Source: Mobula hypostoma (taxonomy: Eukaryota). Taken from it: 64,000 nucleotides of DNA. Within the stretch, counting starts at the first letter, position 1; every line of letters starts with the position of its first letter. The translations under genes were made by a program, and so were the position numbers. The notes beneath the pieces were generated by a model. It did no database searches and was not told the origin of the DNA. It saw nothing but the letters and a program-made list of their open reading frames with translations. Shown piece after piece: positions 25,693 to 37,975 of this stretch. The stretch covers positions 19,470,001 through 19,534,000 of the forward strand of contig NC_086109.1 of the NCBI RefSeq assembly GCF_963921235.1, given 5' to 3'.

Positions 25693-27796
25693 ATTGGGTG
25701 TGGTCTTTTCTTTAATTGGGTTCTTTTAGGTTTCTTGCTTTGTAGCTGCCTGTAAGCAGGTGAATCTCAAGGTTGTATAATTTACACATACTTTGATAAT
25801 AAACGTGGTTTGAAGTCTTTGGAGTCATAATCGAGATGCATAAGTTTTCAAGTCCTTTGAAGTAACTCGTTGACATTATTAACCTAGCCACACCTCCATA
25901 AATGAGAGTTGAGCATTGTTCCTGAGGTCAGAGCCAATACACTTTGAACTCAACTACTTCTGGCTTATTCTATGTTTATCAAGCAGTTATTTCCGGTTTT
26001 CTTCTGGCCTTCTATCATATGCATTCTGAACTAAATTCCATTCAGCATTTAGACAAGAACTGTTAATGTACCTTTCAAAATCTATGGGTTCTAGCTCTGA
26101 ATCCACGTTAACTCATACAGCAGTGATTTGAAAGAACAAGAGAGTACGTTTCAGATCTTGAAACTGTCAGCATTCAATAAGCCACTTACTAATACATATG
26201 TTATATCTATCTATCCACCTTAGTTCACAGAGCTTGACAAAAAGCAATTTGAGTTTTAAAATATTCCATTGAATCTCAGACTGAAGGAATTGTAGTGGAG
26301 AAAGAATTCCAAATCCCATTAATTCCATCCTAATAGCCCTTACAAGCTAGTCTTTGTATGAAAAAGTCATATAATCATAGGAAACGTATAATGTAAAAAG
26401 AATCCATTCAGTCCATTGTGTTAGAGCTGACTGAAATAAGAACTATCCGGCCGAATTCCACCTGTATTGGTTTAAGACGCAATGCATCCCAGAGCCCTTT
26501 TCAGATTGGCTGCCCTCACGCTGTCAAATAAGTACAAAGTTTATAATTACCACATGATGACTAAGTTCTTTACACTCGGCACCATTTCGCGCCCCCCCAC
26601 CCCCCGGCCCGGAAATTCTTTTCACTGTCCCTAATAGAAATATCAGCACCATAAACCTTGCCTTTTGAATTCATCCGATTGACAACAGGGTCCACACCTT
26701 GAAATATTTGCCTGAATTATTATGCTGCTTCTCATATAAGTCTTAATGAGTGCAACAAATCACTTCAGCTCATGTGAAACATTAATGTATGTGTTCTGCT
26801 ATAAAAAGCTACAAAAATTGATCTGAGAGTTTCATATATTTTTAATAAATTGACCAGAACTAATTATAACTTCAGGCAGTGCATCAGGCCTTTCGATCAA
26901 TTAAGTTGAAAGTCGGTCTGAGCAGTACTTTCAGAAACAGTCCTCCCTACCAACAGAACCAAGATGATCTCTGTGTTCTACTCAAAGTCTTTCACTGGGG
27001 ATGGTAGAGTTAGTGAGGGATGTCCAGTGTCATAAGTGCCCATGGTATTACAGGATAGGTACTAGCATAGGTAGAAGGTTGGCTGACGGACAGGAGGCCA
27101 GGAGTGGGAATGAAGGGGGCTTTTTCTGGTTGGCCGTTGGTAACCAGTGGTGTTCAACAGGTGTCAGTGTTGGCAGCACTTCTTATCACGTTATATGTCA
27201 ATGATTTGGATAACGAAATGGATGGCTTTGTGGCCAAGTTTGTGGATGATACAAAGATAGGTGGAAGGGGAGGTAATGTTGAGGAGGCGTGGGGTCTGCT
27301 GAAGGACTTAGACAGATTGAGGGAACGGGCAAAGGAGTGGCAGATGGAATATACTGTAGAGATGTATATGTCCGTGCACCTTGGTAGAAGGAACAAAGAT
27401 GTAGACTATTTTCTAATCGGGGATCAAATTAGGAAATCAGAGGTGCAGGATTCCCTAAAGTTTAGCATGCAGGTTGAATCAGTATTAAGGAAGGAAAATG
27501 AAATGTTAGCTTTGATCTCGAGGCGACTAGAATATAAAAACAAAGATGTGATGCTGGGGCATAATATGGCATTGGTCTGACTGCACTTGGCGTATTGTGA
27601 GTAGATTTCAGCCCTTTATCTAAGAAAAGATGTGCTGGCCTTGGCGTGGGTCCAGAGGAGGTTCATGAGAGTGATCCCAGGAATGAAAAGGCTAACATGA
27701 GAGGAGCATTTGATGGCTCTGGCCCTGTACTCTCTGGAGTTTAGAGGGATTGGGTGGGGGGGGGGGAGGAAATCTCATTGAAAACTATTAAATATT

Positions 27797-28483
27797 CCAA
27801 TGAGGAGAGGAGAAGATGGCGGCACGATGCAGCACGTAGCGGCCACTCCGGTGATGAATATCTGTTATCTGCCAAGTAGGGTGCCGTGCACAATCCCGAT
27901 TTGATGGAGGCAGATGTGAGAGCATGGAGGAACATCTGGTGAAACTTCTGAAATGCCTGTTTCGCTGCCGCTGCCACTGTGTGATCCAGAATCTCCGGAG
28001 GGGAAGGCCCCGAGTCCTCGGCTTTGCTTGTTGCTCGGCGGCCGGGGTGGGATCGAAGTTCTCGGCAGAGATGGTGCTCGGTGCTCGGTGTCAGAGGGCT
28101 GGTCGGAGGCTCGAAGTTTTCGGACGGACTCAGAGTCGGCTGTGGTCGGGTGCTTCCAGGGTGCTGCATCGGCAAGTTTGCGGCGCTGGAAGCTCATGGC
28201 AGGGAGAGTTTCCCCCTTCTACCGTCTGTGTGAGATGATGAACTATCGGGATTTTGAGACTTTTTTTTTACCGTGCCCATGGTCTGTTCTTTATCAAATT
28301 ACGGTATTGCTTTGCACTGTTGTAACTATATGTTATAATTATATGGTTTTTATCAGTTTTAGTCTCGGTCTGTCCTGTGTTTCTGTGATATCATACTGGA
28401 GGAACATTGTATCATTTCTTAATGCATGCATCTCTGAGTGACAATAAACGAGGACTGAGTGTCCTCATAATCTAATCTAATCT
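27797..28483 (+). mobile_element. Young CpG-rich non-autonomous retroposon with an (atcta)n tail
   Basis: Starts near agaagatggcggc; ends aataaa..(atcta)3; TSD aatatt at 27791-27796 and 28484-28489 inside CR1. Confidence 0.75.
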
Positions 28484-28507
28484 AATATTGAAACACCTAC
28501 GTAGAGT

Positions 28508-28568
28508 TGTGCCTTGTAAGGCATGAAAATGCTCGACGCAGGCCTCTCATAGTCTGAGTCGACGTTCC
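28508..28568 (+). mobile_element. Isolated SINE tail type B fragment
   Basis: gccttgtaaggcatgaaaatgctcgacgcaggcctctcat matches 46569-46630; flanked by cctacgtagagt / cctacatacagt. Confidence 0.75.
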
Positions 28569-29829
28569 CCTACATACAGTGGACATGAAGAGGATGATTC
28601 CTATAGTGGGGGGGGGGGGGGTCTTGGACCAGAGGGCACAGCCTCTGAATATAAAAACATCCTATTAGAAAAGAGGCCAGAATGAATTTATTTAACCAAA
28701 CAGTGGTGAATCTGTAGAATTCTTTGTCACAGATGGCGGTGAAGGCTAAGTTATTGGGTATATTTAAAATGGAGGTTGATAGCTTTTGATTAGTAAGGGC
28801 ATCAAAGGTTATGGGGAGAAGCAGGAAAATGGGATTGAGATTGGCCATCATGGAAAGGCGGAGCTGTCTCAACGTGCTAAATGACCTAATTCTGCTCCTA
28901 TATCTTATTGTCTCATGGTCTAAAACTGGGAGGCCTCAAGTTTAACAAGTATAAGAGGGAAAGAAGCCAAAGACAAGAAACAACAACTTGGGTCTTAAAC
29001 TTACAGGATGTTGGAGGATAGAGAGGTGAGGATACACACATTTCCAACTGCAGCCTTCTGAAGAGTGATTAGAGCAGGTACTGTCACACTATTTCACATA
29101 CAACTTCATACATTAGAGGATTAGCTGTTACTCTTCTTTACACACTGTCGACCACCATGCACACACAGCAAGATCTCAGAAAGAACAATGACTATTTTGC
29201 TCTGTCGTCTGTTTTGATGCTGTGAGTTCCTCTGGCTAGTCACCAGGAAAGCTTACCTGCTCCTCTTTGAAATGGTGCTGTGCGATTTTGTTTTTTGCAT
29301 CCCAGACAGGGCCTTGATGTAATCCCCTGGCTGACAGATGGTCCCTCCTGGAGCAGTGCTACTCTCTCATGTTACATAACAAGACAGGATTGATTTGGTG
29401 CCAAGTATCTGAGTGGTACCAGCACAACCACATTGCACATTTCCACCAATTTTGGAAGCTCTCCATTTCAGCTTCTTGATGGGTTGCAGTGCTGTTGAGC
29501 TGAGAAAAGTTCTCCTTTTCTATCTTTAGCTCCCAGCCCCACCGCTTGTCATCACTCCCACCTGCAAGTATTCCTGCCCCAACTTCAGCGTGACTGACAG
29601 CTCAATGCCATCTTAGGCTGAATGATGGTGCTTTTAATTTAGATGGTGACTCACTGTCGTGAGTTGGATCACACCTATCCAAACACATATCATTTAACAA
29701 GTGTCATCATATGCCAGCAGGTGCCACAATAGCCTCTGAATCAAGAAATTGTGGGCTTTGTCCCCGCTGGAGTACATAATCTAGGCTAACACATCAGTGC
29801 AATGTTAAGGAAGGTTTTTTTTAAGTTTT

Positions 29830-30290
29830 GTTTAGAGATACAACACAGCAGCAGGCCCTTCTGCCCCCAATGAACCTGCGTCATCCAATTACATCCATGT
29901 GATGAATTGGCCTACTAACCTGCACATCTTTGGAATGTGGGAAGAAACCAAGGTACCCAGAGGTCAATGGTTCAATGGTTCCATTTAATATCAGAGAATG
30001 TATACAATAAACCTGAAATTCTTACTTTCTGCAGACATCCTCAAAACAGAAGAAAAACCCAAATAATAAATGATAGAAAAAGAAACGTAAGAACCCCAAA
30101 GCCACCTGCCCCTCCCACACACAATCAGCATTAACCCTTCCCTACGCATTCTAGCAGAAAGCATTGGCACTCACACCACCCTCCACGCAAGCAACAGCAA
30201 AGCCCCAACGATCATGGGGAGAAAGTAAAAGGTCCTTCCAGACAGCAGCAGAATGGAACCCTGGTCACTGGCACTGTTATACAATCAGCT
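29830..30290 (-). mobile_element. HE1-like SINE interrupted by a Rex1-type 3' fragment (about 29962-30210)
   Basis: caggcccttctgccc..catctttggaatgtgggaagaaacc, then insert with a (caatggtt)n tail, then tcatggggagaaag resumes. Confidence 0.6.
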
Positions 30291-30969
30291 ACTGTGTTTT
30301 TAGTTCAACCTGAATGCAAAGGCTCTGTTGTGCTATCAGATCTTATAATACCACTTGGACAAGACTAGCGATGTTCTCCTGGGAAGCATTCATGTCTTAT
30401 GAAGCCTTTTTCCCGACATGTCTGGAGTTCTGTGAACAGTATTGTAACTTTAGTCAAATATATTTATCTTGCAGTAAATGGAACACAGATTAACTTGAAT
30501 GATACTTGGTCTCCAAGGGTAAATTATAGAAAGATTACACAAGCTTTAAAAGGCTCAGAGGTGATGTGACTGAAGTCTTCAACTCACTGAAGAAGCTGAT
30601 GGGCTTCGTAGAGAGAAACACCTCTGCTGAGCTGGAAGTTTTGGAGCTGACAGCCCAGTGTTGAAATTAGCAACAAGTCTTTCAGAAGTATAAAGAGAAT
30701 AGAAATTCAGAAGTGTCCGGATGATTCATGGTCAACTATTACTTCTAAATTTGGGATTGATGAGTTTTTGCTGACCAAAATGAGATGGAGCAAAGGTGAG
30801 CTGGTGTAGTTAGTCCACAGATCAACCACAGTCTCACGGAATGGTGGAATGTCAGAGGTTAAAATGACCTCCATTTACCTATGTTCCAATCTCTCAAATT
30901 AGATTTTTTTAAAAAATCTCTTTCTTCAGCTAGTTCCACCTTGTACTCCTTCCACCGAGGTTGGCTGAG

Positions 30970-31690
30970 ACAAAAACTAGATATCATGGGTTAAGGGTGA
31001 AAGGTGAAATGTTTAAGGGAAACATGAGTGGGAGCTTCTTCATTCAGAGGGTGGAAAGTGTGTGGAGCGAGCTGCCAGTGGAAGTGATGGATGTGGGTTC
31101 AATTTCTACATTTAAGAGAACCATATAACTATATAACAATTACAGCATGGAAACAGGCCACCTCGGCCCTTCTAGTCCATGCCGAATTCTTACTCTCACC
31201 TAGTCCCACCGACCTGCACTCAGCCCATAACCCTCCATTCCTTTCCTGTCCATATAGCTATCCAATTTAACGTTAAATGACAACATCGAACCTGCCTCAA
31301 CCACTTCTGCTGGAAGCTCGTTCCACACAGCCACCACTCTCTGAGTAAAGAAGTTCTCCCTCATGTTACCCCTAAACTTTTGCCCTTTAACTCTCAACTC
31401 ACGTCCTCTTGGTTGAATCTCCCCCAATCTCAATGGAAAAAGCCTATCCACGTCAACTCTGTCTACCCCCCTCATAATTTTAAACACCTCTATCAAGTCC
31501 CCCCCTCAACCTTCTACGCTCCAAAGAATAAAGACCCAACTTGTTCAACCTAAAAGAAGTTTGGATAAGTTTTTGAATAGGATGGGTATGGAGGATACAG
31601 GTCGACGGGACTAAGCAGAATGATAGTCCAGTACAGACCAGTGGGCCAAAGGGTGTGCGTATTTGCTGTAGTGCTTTATGAGTCTATGAT
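30970..31690 (+). mobile_element. CR1 3' end (host)
   Basis: actagatatcatgggttaagggtgaaaggtg..ttcttcattcagagggtg; tail ctatgattc; related copy at 52965-53240. Confidence 0.75.
31121..31550 (-). mobile_element. Young CR1 3' fragment nested in CR1
   Basis: ORF 31200-31496 IEVFKIMRG..FFTQRVVAVWNELP; TSD taagagaa (31113-31120) / taaaagaa (31551-31558). Confidence 0.88.
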
Positions 31691-32097
31691 TCATATTACT
31701 TGCACTTCTCTGCAAAGTACAGTGAATGCACTTCAACAGCAAATAACTGAACAGAAAGCATTTTGGATATTAAGAGGACATGAAAGCGTGCAATACAGAT
31801 AACAGTTATTTTTTCTCCTTTGACAACATTTTGACATGTTCACAGTCAGTGGAAAACGAAAGCTATCCTCCTGCTTCAGAATCAGAATTAGGTTTATCAC
31901 TGAGATGTTGTGAAATTTGCAGTTTTCAATACATAAGACAAATTAAATCTCGTTAAGAATTAGATTTTTCTGATAAGTGAACTTTAGAGCGTAAAACCTT
32001 AAGACAAGGGAGCAGAATTAGGCCATTCAGCCCATTAAGTTGGCACTGTCATTCCATCATGGCTGATTTATTTTTATAATCATTTATTCTCAGGATT

Positions 32098-32515
32098 TAG
32101 TTATTAGTCATAGTCATACTTTATTGATCCCGGGGGAAATTGGTTTTCGTCACAGTTGCCCCATAAATAATAAATAGTAATAGAACCATAAATAGTTAAA
32201 TAGTAATATGTAAATTATGCCAGTAAATTATGAAAATGTCCAGGACCAGCCTATTGGCTCAGGGTGTTTGACCCTCCAAGGGAGGAGTTGTAAAGTTTGA
32301 TGGCCACAGGCAGGAATGACTTCCTATGACGCTCAGTGTTGCATCTCGGTGGAATGAGTCTCTGGCTGAATGTACTCCTGTGCCCAAGCAGTACATTATG
32401 TAGTGGATGGGAGACATTGTCCAAGATGGCATGCAACTTAGACAGCATCCTCTTTTCAGACACCACCGCCAGAGAGTCCAGTTCCATCCCCACAACATCA
32501 CTGGCCTTACGAATT
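32098..32515 (-). mobile_element. Rex1-type LINE 3' fragment
   Basis: IRKASDVVGMEL..SHPLH..RHRKSFLPVAIKLYNS; the UTR ends gggatcaataaagta plus a tandem tail. Confidence 0.85.
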
Positions 32516-32787
32516 ATTACTGGTAAGGCTAACATTTTAAAGTTCATTACTAATGCACCTTGAGCAAGACATTGATAGGTGAGGGATGGGGAAGTCACTT
32601 TAAACTGCGACGGTCTATGTTGTAAAGTTTTTGATGTTAGATGGAGGTTCCCGGAGTTTTCATCCGGTCATAACGTAGCATGTTTCCAGGACAAGATGAT
32701 GCCTGACTACGATGAAAACATTAAGCTCAGTGTTCCCTTGCACCTTCTGCTTTTCCTTCCCAAGTGCAGCGTGGGAGGTCCTACCAC

Positions 32788-33330
32788 GTGGACGGCACCG
32801 CAGCCTAGCACTTAGCACAACACTTTACAGTGCCAGCTGTAAGACTGGGGTTCGATTCCGGCCACTGTCTGTAGGAAATTTGTACGCTCTCCTTGTGTCT
32901 CTAAAAGTTTCCTCCCACATTTCAAAGGTAAGCTAAAGTTCCTCCCCACACCTTGTTTGGTGCATTGGGCAGCAACCTTGCTGTATCTTTAGGGTTTGTC
33001 AATTTTACAAGGCCGAATTGCTAGCTCGAAGCTCAACCCAGCACGGAGGGAAGGCTTGTGAGGAGCCGGTCGGATTCGAACCAGGGACCACTCACCTTGA
33101 AGTCCGGTGTGGATGCCACTACACTGCTGGTAACAGACTATTCCAAAGGTGTACTGTATAATTAGGTTTAGAGGGTTGTGGGCTTGCTATGTTATTGGTA
33201 AAAGTATAGTGATACTTGAGGGCTGCTTGGCACAACCCTCATTAATTTGATTTGATGTTAACTACACATTTCACTACATGTTTCAATGCTTTAATGTATA
33301 CGTTACAAATAAAATTAACCTTTATCTTTA
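32788..33330 (+). mobile_element. V-SINE with a Rex-like tail, containing a nested SINE
   Basis: ggggttcgattcc B box, gtaggaaatttgtacgctctcc V domain, tail catttcactacatgtttcaatg..acaaataaa; relatives at 45940-46220 and 15995-16135 (minus). Confidence 0.65.
32930..33139 (-). mobile_element. Short tRNA-derived SINE of a third family
   Basis: Minus-strand head cagtgtagtggcatcc..tccctGGTTCGAATCCgaccggctcc; TSD atttcaaaggt (32919-32929) / attccaaaggt (33140-33150). Confidence 0.7.
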
Positions 33331-34614
33331 CCAATGAACTGTTGATAAGCTGCTGCAATGCATCTGATGACATCAGTGATCCTAGCGTAAAGGAAAGACT
33401 TAGATATATGACTTTCGTATTCTCAGGATGTGTAAGTGCCTATACTTTGCAACCAGCGAGGTACTTTAGATATGTAGCCTCTGTTGTTACAGGGCAGGCA
33501 GTTGCACACACAGCAAGTTCCAACAACAGCTGATGTGTTTTAATGATTTTTTTTTTGTGATGATCACTGGGGTCTACTCTTCTTCCAAACACTGTCCTAC
33601 TTGTCTTGCAAATGGTGACATCTGAGAACACAGATAGGGCTTTGGTTTAATTGCAGATCTGCGAGTTGGCATCTGCAAAAGTGCAGAATCCCGTTACCAC
33701 TGAGGTGAACGTTAGTTCTTATTAAGGCTCTGTAATTAAACCAGCATGCTCTGACATCTAAACTTGGGATAAAAGATTTATTGGTATGAAGGATCTGATC
33801 CACCCATCCCTTAAGTAGCAGATACTTAATGACAATTAGGATACATCAGGTTCTTAAGTAATTTCAGAAATGAAGGAACATTTTGATCATGAAATAAATT
33901 TAAAATTGACTTTGAAGTTCTTTCTTAACACCTCTATGTGATTTATCAATAATATTTGTGTTTGAAACTTAAGTAAAAGTTTGAAGCCTTCGTAAAAAAT
34001 GTATTAATTTAAGAAATAATGAGGTTCTGAAACACTCTGTGCTCTGAATAGGAACATGTAACCCAACCAGAACAGGATCATGGAAACGTAGAATGTATTT
34101 TTTACTAAATTCCACAACAGCTTTTAATTTAATGATTAAGTCAGAGTGATGCTCCTTCTAGTCATTAACTTGGGCAGAATCAGGGGCCAAGTGTGACCTC
34201 ACCATTTTAACTGTACTTGTTAAGCCCACCATTTTATTTGGTTACACTCAGAAATCTCATCACTGCCCTCCTGCCATTTCCAATTATACCTACCATTCAC
34301 AATGTAAACAAAAACTTCCATGGGATCAAAGTAGACAAACTGAGAAAGGCTGATTAAGTAAATAATCTCACCTGCTTTAAGTTCTGATGGCATTTATAAT
34401 GTTCTTCAGTTATATCACTTTTTCTTGTAGTAGAGTACAAAATCCATGTATCCTAAAAATTAGACCTTGGTAATGAGGCATTTCATCACACAAAAACAAA
34501 TAGCAGCCAGAAACCTCTTTCCCCAACCCACCCCCCCCACCAAAAAAGCCATTGAATCTGAGATAGGGGTGGGAGGGAGGTCATTTCTAAAAGTTAAAAC
34601 CAAAATTGAGCAGG

Positions 34615-34890
34615 GTGAGAATGAGAGGGAAATCGATGAGTTTTGGCTATGAGAGAAAAGGTTATGTGTGTGAGAATGAGAGAGGAATTGGTGAGTATTG
34701 GTTATGAGTGAAAAGGTTACGTGTGTTGAGAATGAGAGAGGAATTGAATGAGAGGGGAATTGGTGAGTATTGGTTATGAGGTTGTGTGGGGTGAGAATGA
34801 GAGGGGAATTGGTGAGTATTGGTTATGACAGAAAAGGTTGTGTGGGGTGAGAATAAGAGGGGAATTTGGTGAGTATTGGTTATGAAAGGA
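34615..34890. repeat. Minisatellite, about 5 units of ~55 bp
   Basis: Unit gagaatgagaggggaattggtgagtattggttatga..aaaaggttgtgtggggt, with internal deletions. Confidence 0.85.
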
Positions 34891-35261
34891 AAGGCTGCAA
34901 GGGTAAAATTGGTGAAATGGAATGGACGGGATTGTTCTGAGGGCCAGCATGGGCTTCATAGTATGATTGGCCTCCTTCATTGTTGCAAGAAAATAAAGAA
35001 TGCCACAATGTCAGTGTCACAGTGCTGTAGATAATTTCACCCTTGGTTTCCAGTTGCACACAGGCTTGAGTATAAGCAACTGATTGCATGCTCTTCTACA
35101 CACATTCAAAGAAATTAGATTTTAGATAATTTTGATGCTCTAAATCTGTAAAGCAGTTTTCACACTACTTATTTTATTTCATTTAGATTACTCTTATATA
35201 TAATTCACTGTGTGAGAATTTCTAATTTCTCGACAGATGTCAGTTATTTATTTAGTTGCAG

Positions 35262-35590
35262 TGTTTATTCAGCAATATAGCACAGAGTAGGTCTTACCAG
35301 CTATTAGAGCCTCGCCACTCCAGTACCCCCGCCGACAACCCTGAGTTAACCCTAACGAAGGGTCTCGGCCTGAAACGTCGACTGCACCTCTTCCTAGAGA
35401 TGCTGCCTGGCCTGCTGCATTCACCAGCAACTTTTATGTGTGTTGTTTAACCCTAACCTAATCACAGGACAATATACAATAACCAGTTAACCTAACCGAT
35501 ACGTTTTTGGACTGTGGGAGGACGGCATCGGAATTGAACTCCGAACTCTGATGCCCTGAGATGTAATAGCATCACGCTATCTGCATCACC
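35262..35590 (-). mobile_element. HE1-like SINE containing a 90-bp PLE end
   Basis: aaccctaacctaatcacaggacaat..tttggactgtgggagg is the antisense of the HE1-like copy at 46243-46780. Confidence 0.7.
35357..35446 (+). mobile_element. 90-bp young PLE terminal fragment with a hammerhead half
   Basis: gaagggtctcggcctgaaacgtcgactgcacctcttcctagagatgctgcc.., flanked by ttaaccctaac at 35346-35356 and 35447-35457. Confidence 0.85.
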
Positions 35591-36099
35591 AGCATGTTTC
35601 CCAAATATTAAACCTGATTCTGATTCTAACTGTTTGTTATGTAGAGTGCAAATCCAAATTCACCAATAGATTACAAATTTCGAACCTCCTTGCTTTAAGG
35701 GATCATTATCAGAGTTTACTTCTTTTTAGGAATGTTAAAACCAGACTCATGATGATTCCTGGTGAGGTTCACATTTGCAATGGGAGCCACTACCATGCAT
35801 GGCCTGTGGGAATTGGATAAGAGATGTACCATTGCCATGAAAGGAGACCATGGATGGGAGATGGGAAATGGGTTGAGAAAGCAATTGGGAAGCTGGGATC
35901 ATAATGAGGAATAAAAATAGAATGGGGACAAAATCAAGATGAGCGTCCCCTTGAGCCATGGAACAGCTTGAAGACCCTGGGAGGAAATGCCATGATCAGG
36001 CCAGGATGAGTCACGCAAGGCAGACAATAGCATACACAGGGGAAGCAATGAATAATCTATGAAATATACAAGCTTTCTCACAGTTTGGTCTCTCTACAT

Positions 36100-36178
36100 C
36101 AGGGATTCCCAATCTTTTTATGCCACGGAACAATACCATTAAGCAATCGGGCCATGGACCTCAGGTTGGGAACCTCTG
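36100..36178 (+). mobile_element. hAT-type MITE, copy 4 (79 bp)
   Basis: TIRs cagggattcccaatct / aggttgggaacctctg; TSD ctctacat / ctctaaat. Confidence 0.85.
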
Positions 36179-36548
36179 CTCTAAATCCTACAGAACTGTG
36201 TTTTCAGTGAGGTGGACCTTGTTTTATGAAGAGCAAATTCTGAAGCTTGTACGTCACAAACTTTTGATCCACTTTCTGTTACTGACTTTTGAAAATGAGT
36301 TGAACTCAATGATGGCATCTTTACTTGCCAGAAGCATGACTGGAGGAGGAGTTGAGACAAATTTCCTCCTCCTCAGGTGTCATGAGTAGAAAGTGTCTAT
36401 AACAAATGGATCCAGTTACTGAAGTTAAAAAAAAAATCTGTGGGTGTTATTTATGTGGGCCTTGAGAAAGCATTCAATGTCCTTCACAAGAAAGTGTTAG
36501 TTAACTTGAAGGCCCTCTGAATGGAAGGCAATTTATTGAATTGGCTGG

Positions 36549-37975
36549 GAATCAGAATTAGTTTTATTATCACTGGCAAATGCAATGAAGCGTGTTATGT
36601 TGTGGCTGACGTACAGTGCAATACTTAAAATATATTACAAATTATAATAAGAAATATATACGTATACGCAACTCCTTCACTGGGCTCGTGTGGAAACTTG
36701 GCCGGTTGCCGGCCCTGCTGACAGCCACGGTACTCAGCTGTGAGAAGGGTCAGTGTGATTTGGGTTTCAACCAAACAGGAACATCGCAATGTTCCGATTT
36801 GAGCGAATTCTGTGTAAATACTGCCTTTACACAATTGGCCGCTGGCAAGAAATAATAAATCGCACACCGCATAAACTTATAAAGAAAGTATATTTATGGA
36901 TTTCAGTTGTATTTTACAGTAGTAAAAAGAAAAGGTTAAAAAGAGGCCCATTACTGTTAAACCAGTCTAAATGTGCACACTGTTGGAGTTCACCTTGAAG
37001 ATGTCCCTTTACTCACAAGCTCGTGAACGCACACACCACATTCCAAACTTCACTTGGAATCCACCTCAGACAAACAGGTGCTCTCTCTGGAGAAATGGCC
37101 CTTCCACCTTGGAGCCATTTATCTGCACAAAGCACCTTGTGCAACAGAGGCCCTCCTTCCCACGGCATCCTCGGCCATCTTCCTACCTGTCCTCTCCGTA
37201 TCTCCCACCCAAAACAAAAAACAGCAAACCACAAGTCTCTCGCCGCCCTGCTCACTTGAACTTTCTCCAGATTCTGCCATTCTGACTGGCTGACAGAGCA
37301 TTCCAAAGTTGAACATCATAGCCCTTATCTTTTAGCCAAAACCAAACATTCTGAAAACAGAACACACTGCTTTTACAGAACTGCTAGAACGAAATACCCA
37401 CAGCTTAGCAGTAAGAATCTTAACCAGGGCGTCACCTGTATAAAATTAGAAGTAGTGCAAAAAGAGAGCGAAATTAGAGAAGTAGTGTTTATATGTTCAT
37501 TGTCCATTCATAAATCTGATGGCGGAGGGGAAGAAGCTGTACCTAAATCATTGAGTGTGTGTCTTCAGGCTCCCATACCACCTCCCTGATGATATTAATG
37601 AGAAATGGCATGCCCTGAGAGGTGAGCGTCCTCCATCTTGAGGCACTGCCTTGTGAAGATGTCATTGATCGTGAGGGAGCTGGTCTCCATAATGGAACTG
37701 GTTGAGCCCACAACCCTCTGCAGCTTCTTCCTACCCTGCTCATGACCCCTCCATAACAAACCTGTTAGAATGTTTTCCACAGTAAATCTGTAGAAATTTG
37801 CTAGTCTTTGGTGACATACCAAATCTTCTCCAACTCCTAATGAAATACAGCCACCGTGTGCTTGCTTCATAATTACATCAATATATTGGGCCCAGGATGG
37901 AGCTTCAGAGATGTTGACACCAAGAAGCTTGAAACCACTCATCCTTGTTGTGATCCCACAACAAGGAGACTGACT
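36549..37975 (-). mobile_element. Rex1-type LINE 3' fragment split by a 770-bp insert
   Basis: ORF 37595-37984 FKLLGVNIS..NFYRFTVENILTG..KKLQRVV; UTR halves at 36549-36666 and from 37437. Confidence 0.75.
36667..37436 (-). mobile_element. Probable solo LTR
   Basis: Unique-looking block inside a LINE UTR; degenerate inverted ends cgcaactcc / gggcgtcacc (TGTAAC..GTTACA-like); 4-bp flanks tata / tgta. Confidence 0.5.

Larger units (their letters stand above)
27030..28920 (+). mobile_element. Degenerate CR1 LINE (RT to 3' end) with two nested inserts
   Basis: ORF 27104 VTSGVQQVSVL..YVNDLD..AKFVDDTKIGG; resumes at 28484 and ends tcttattgtctcatggtc. Confidence 0.85.

Noticed and set aside
27741..28441. 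Overlapping 100-160 aa ORFs and a CpG-island look
   Set aside because: Explained by the GC-rich retroposon with TSD and tail; no protein motif
34615..34890. CRISPR-like regular repeats, also at 62271-62461
   Set aside because: Head-to-tail units without unique spacers, no cas genes, vertebrate context
36680..36960. Apparent conserved enhancer or promoter
   Set aside because: Lies inside an insert that splits a LINE UTR, so it is more likely LTR-derived
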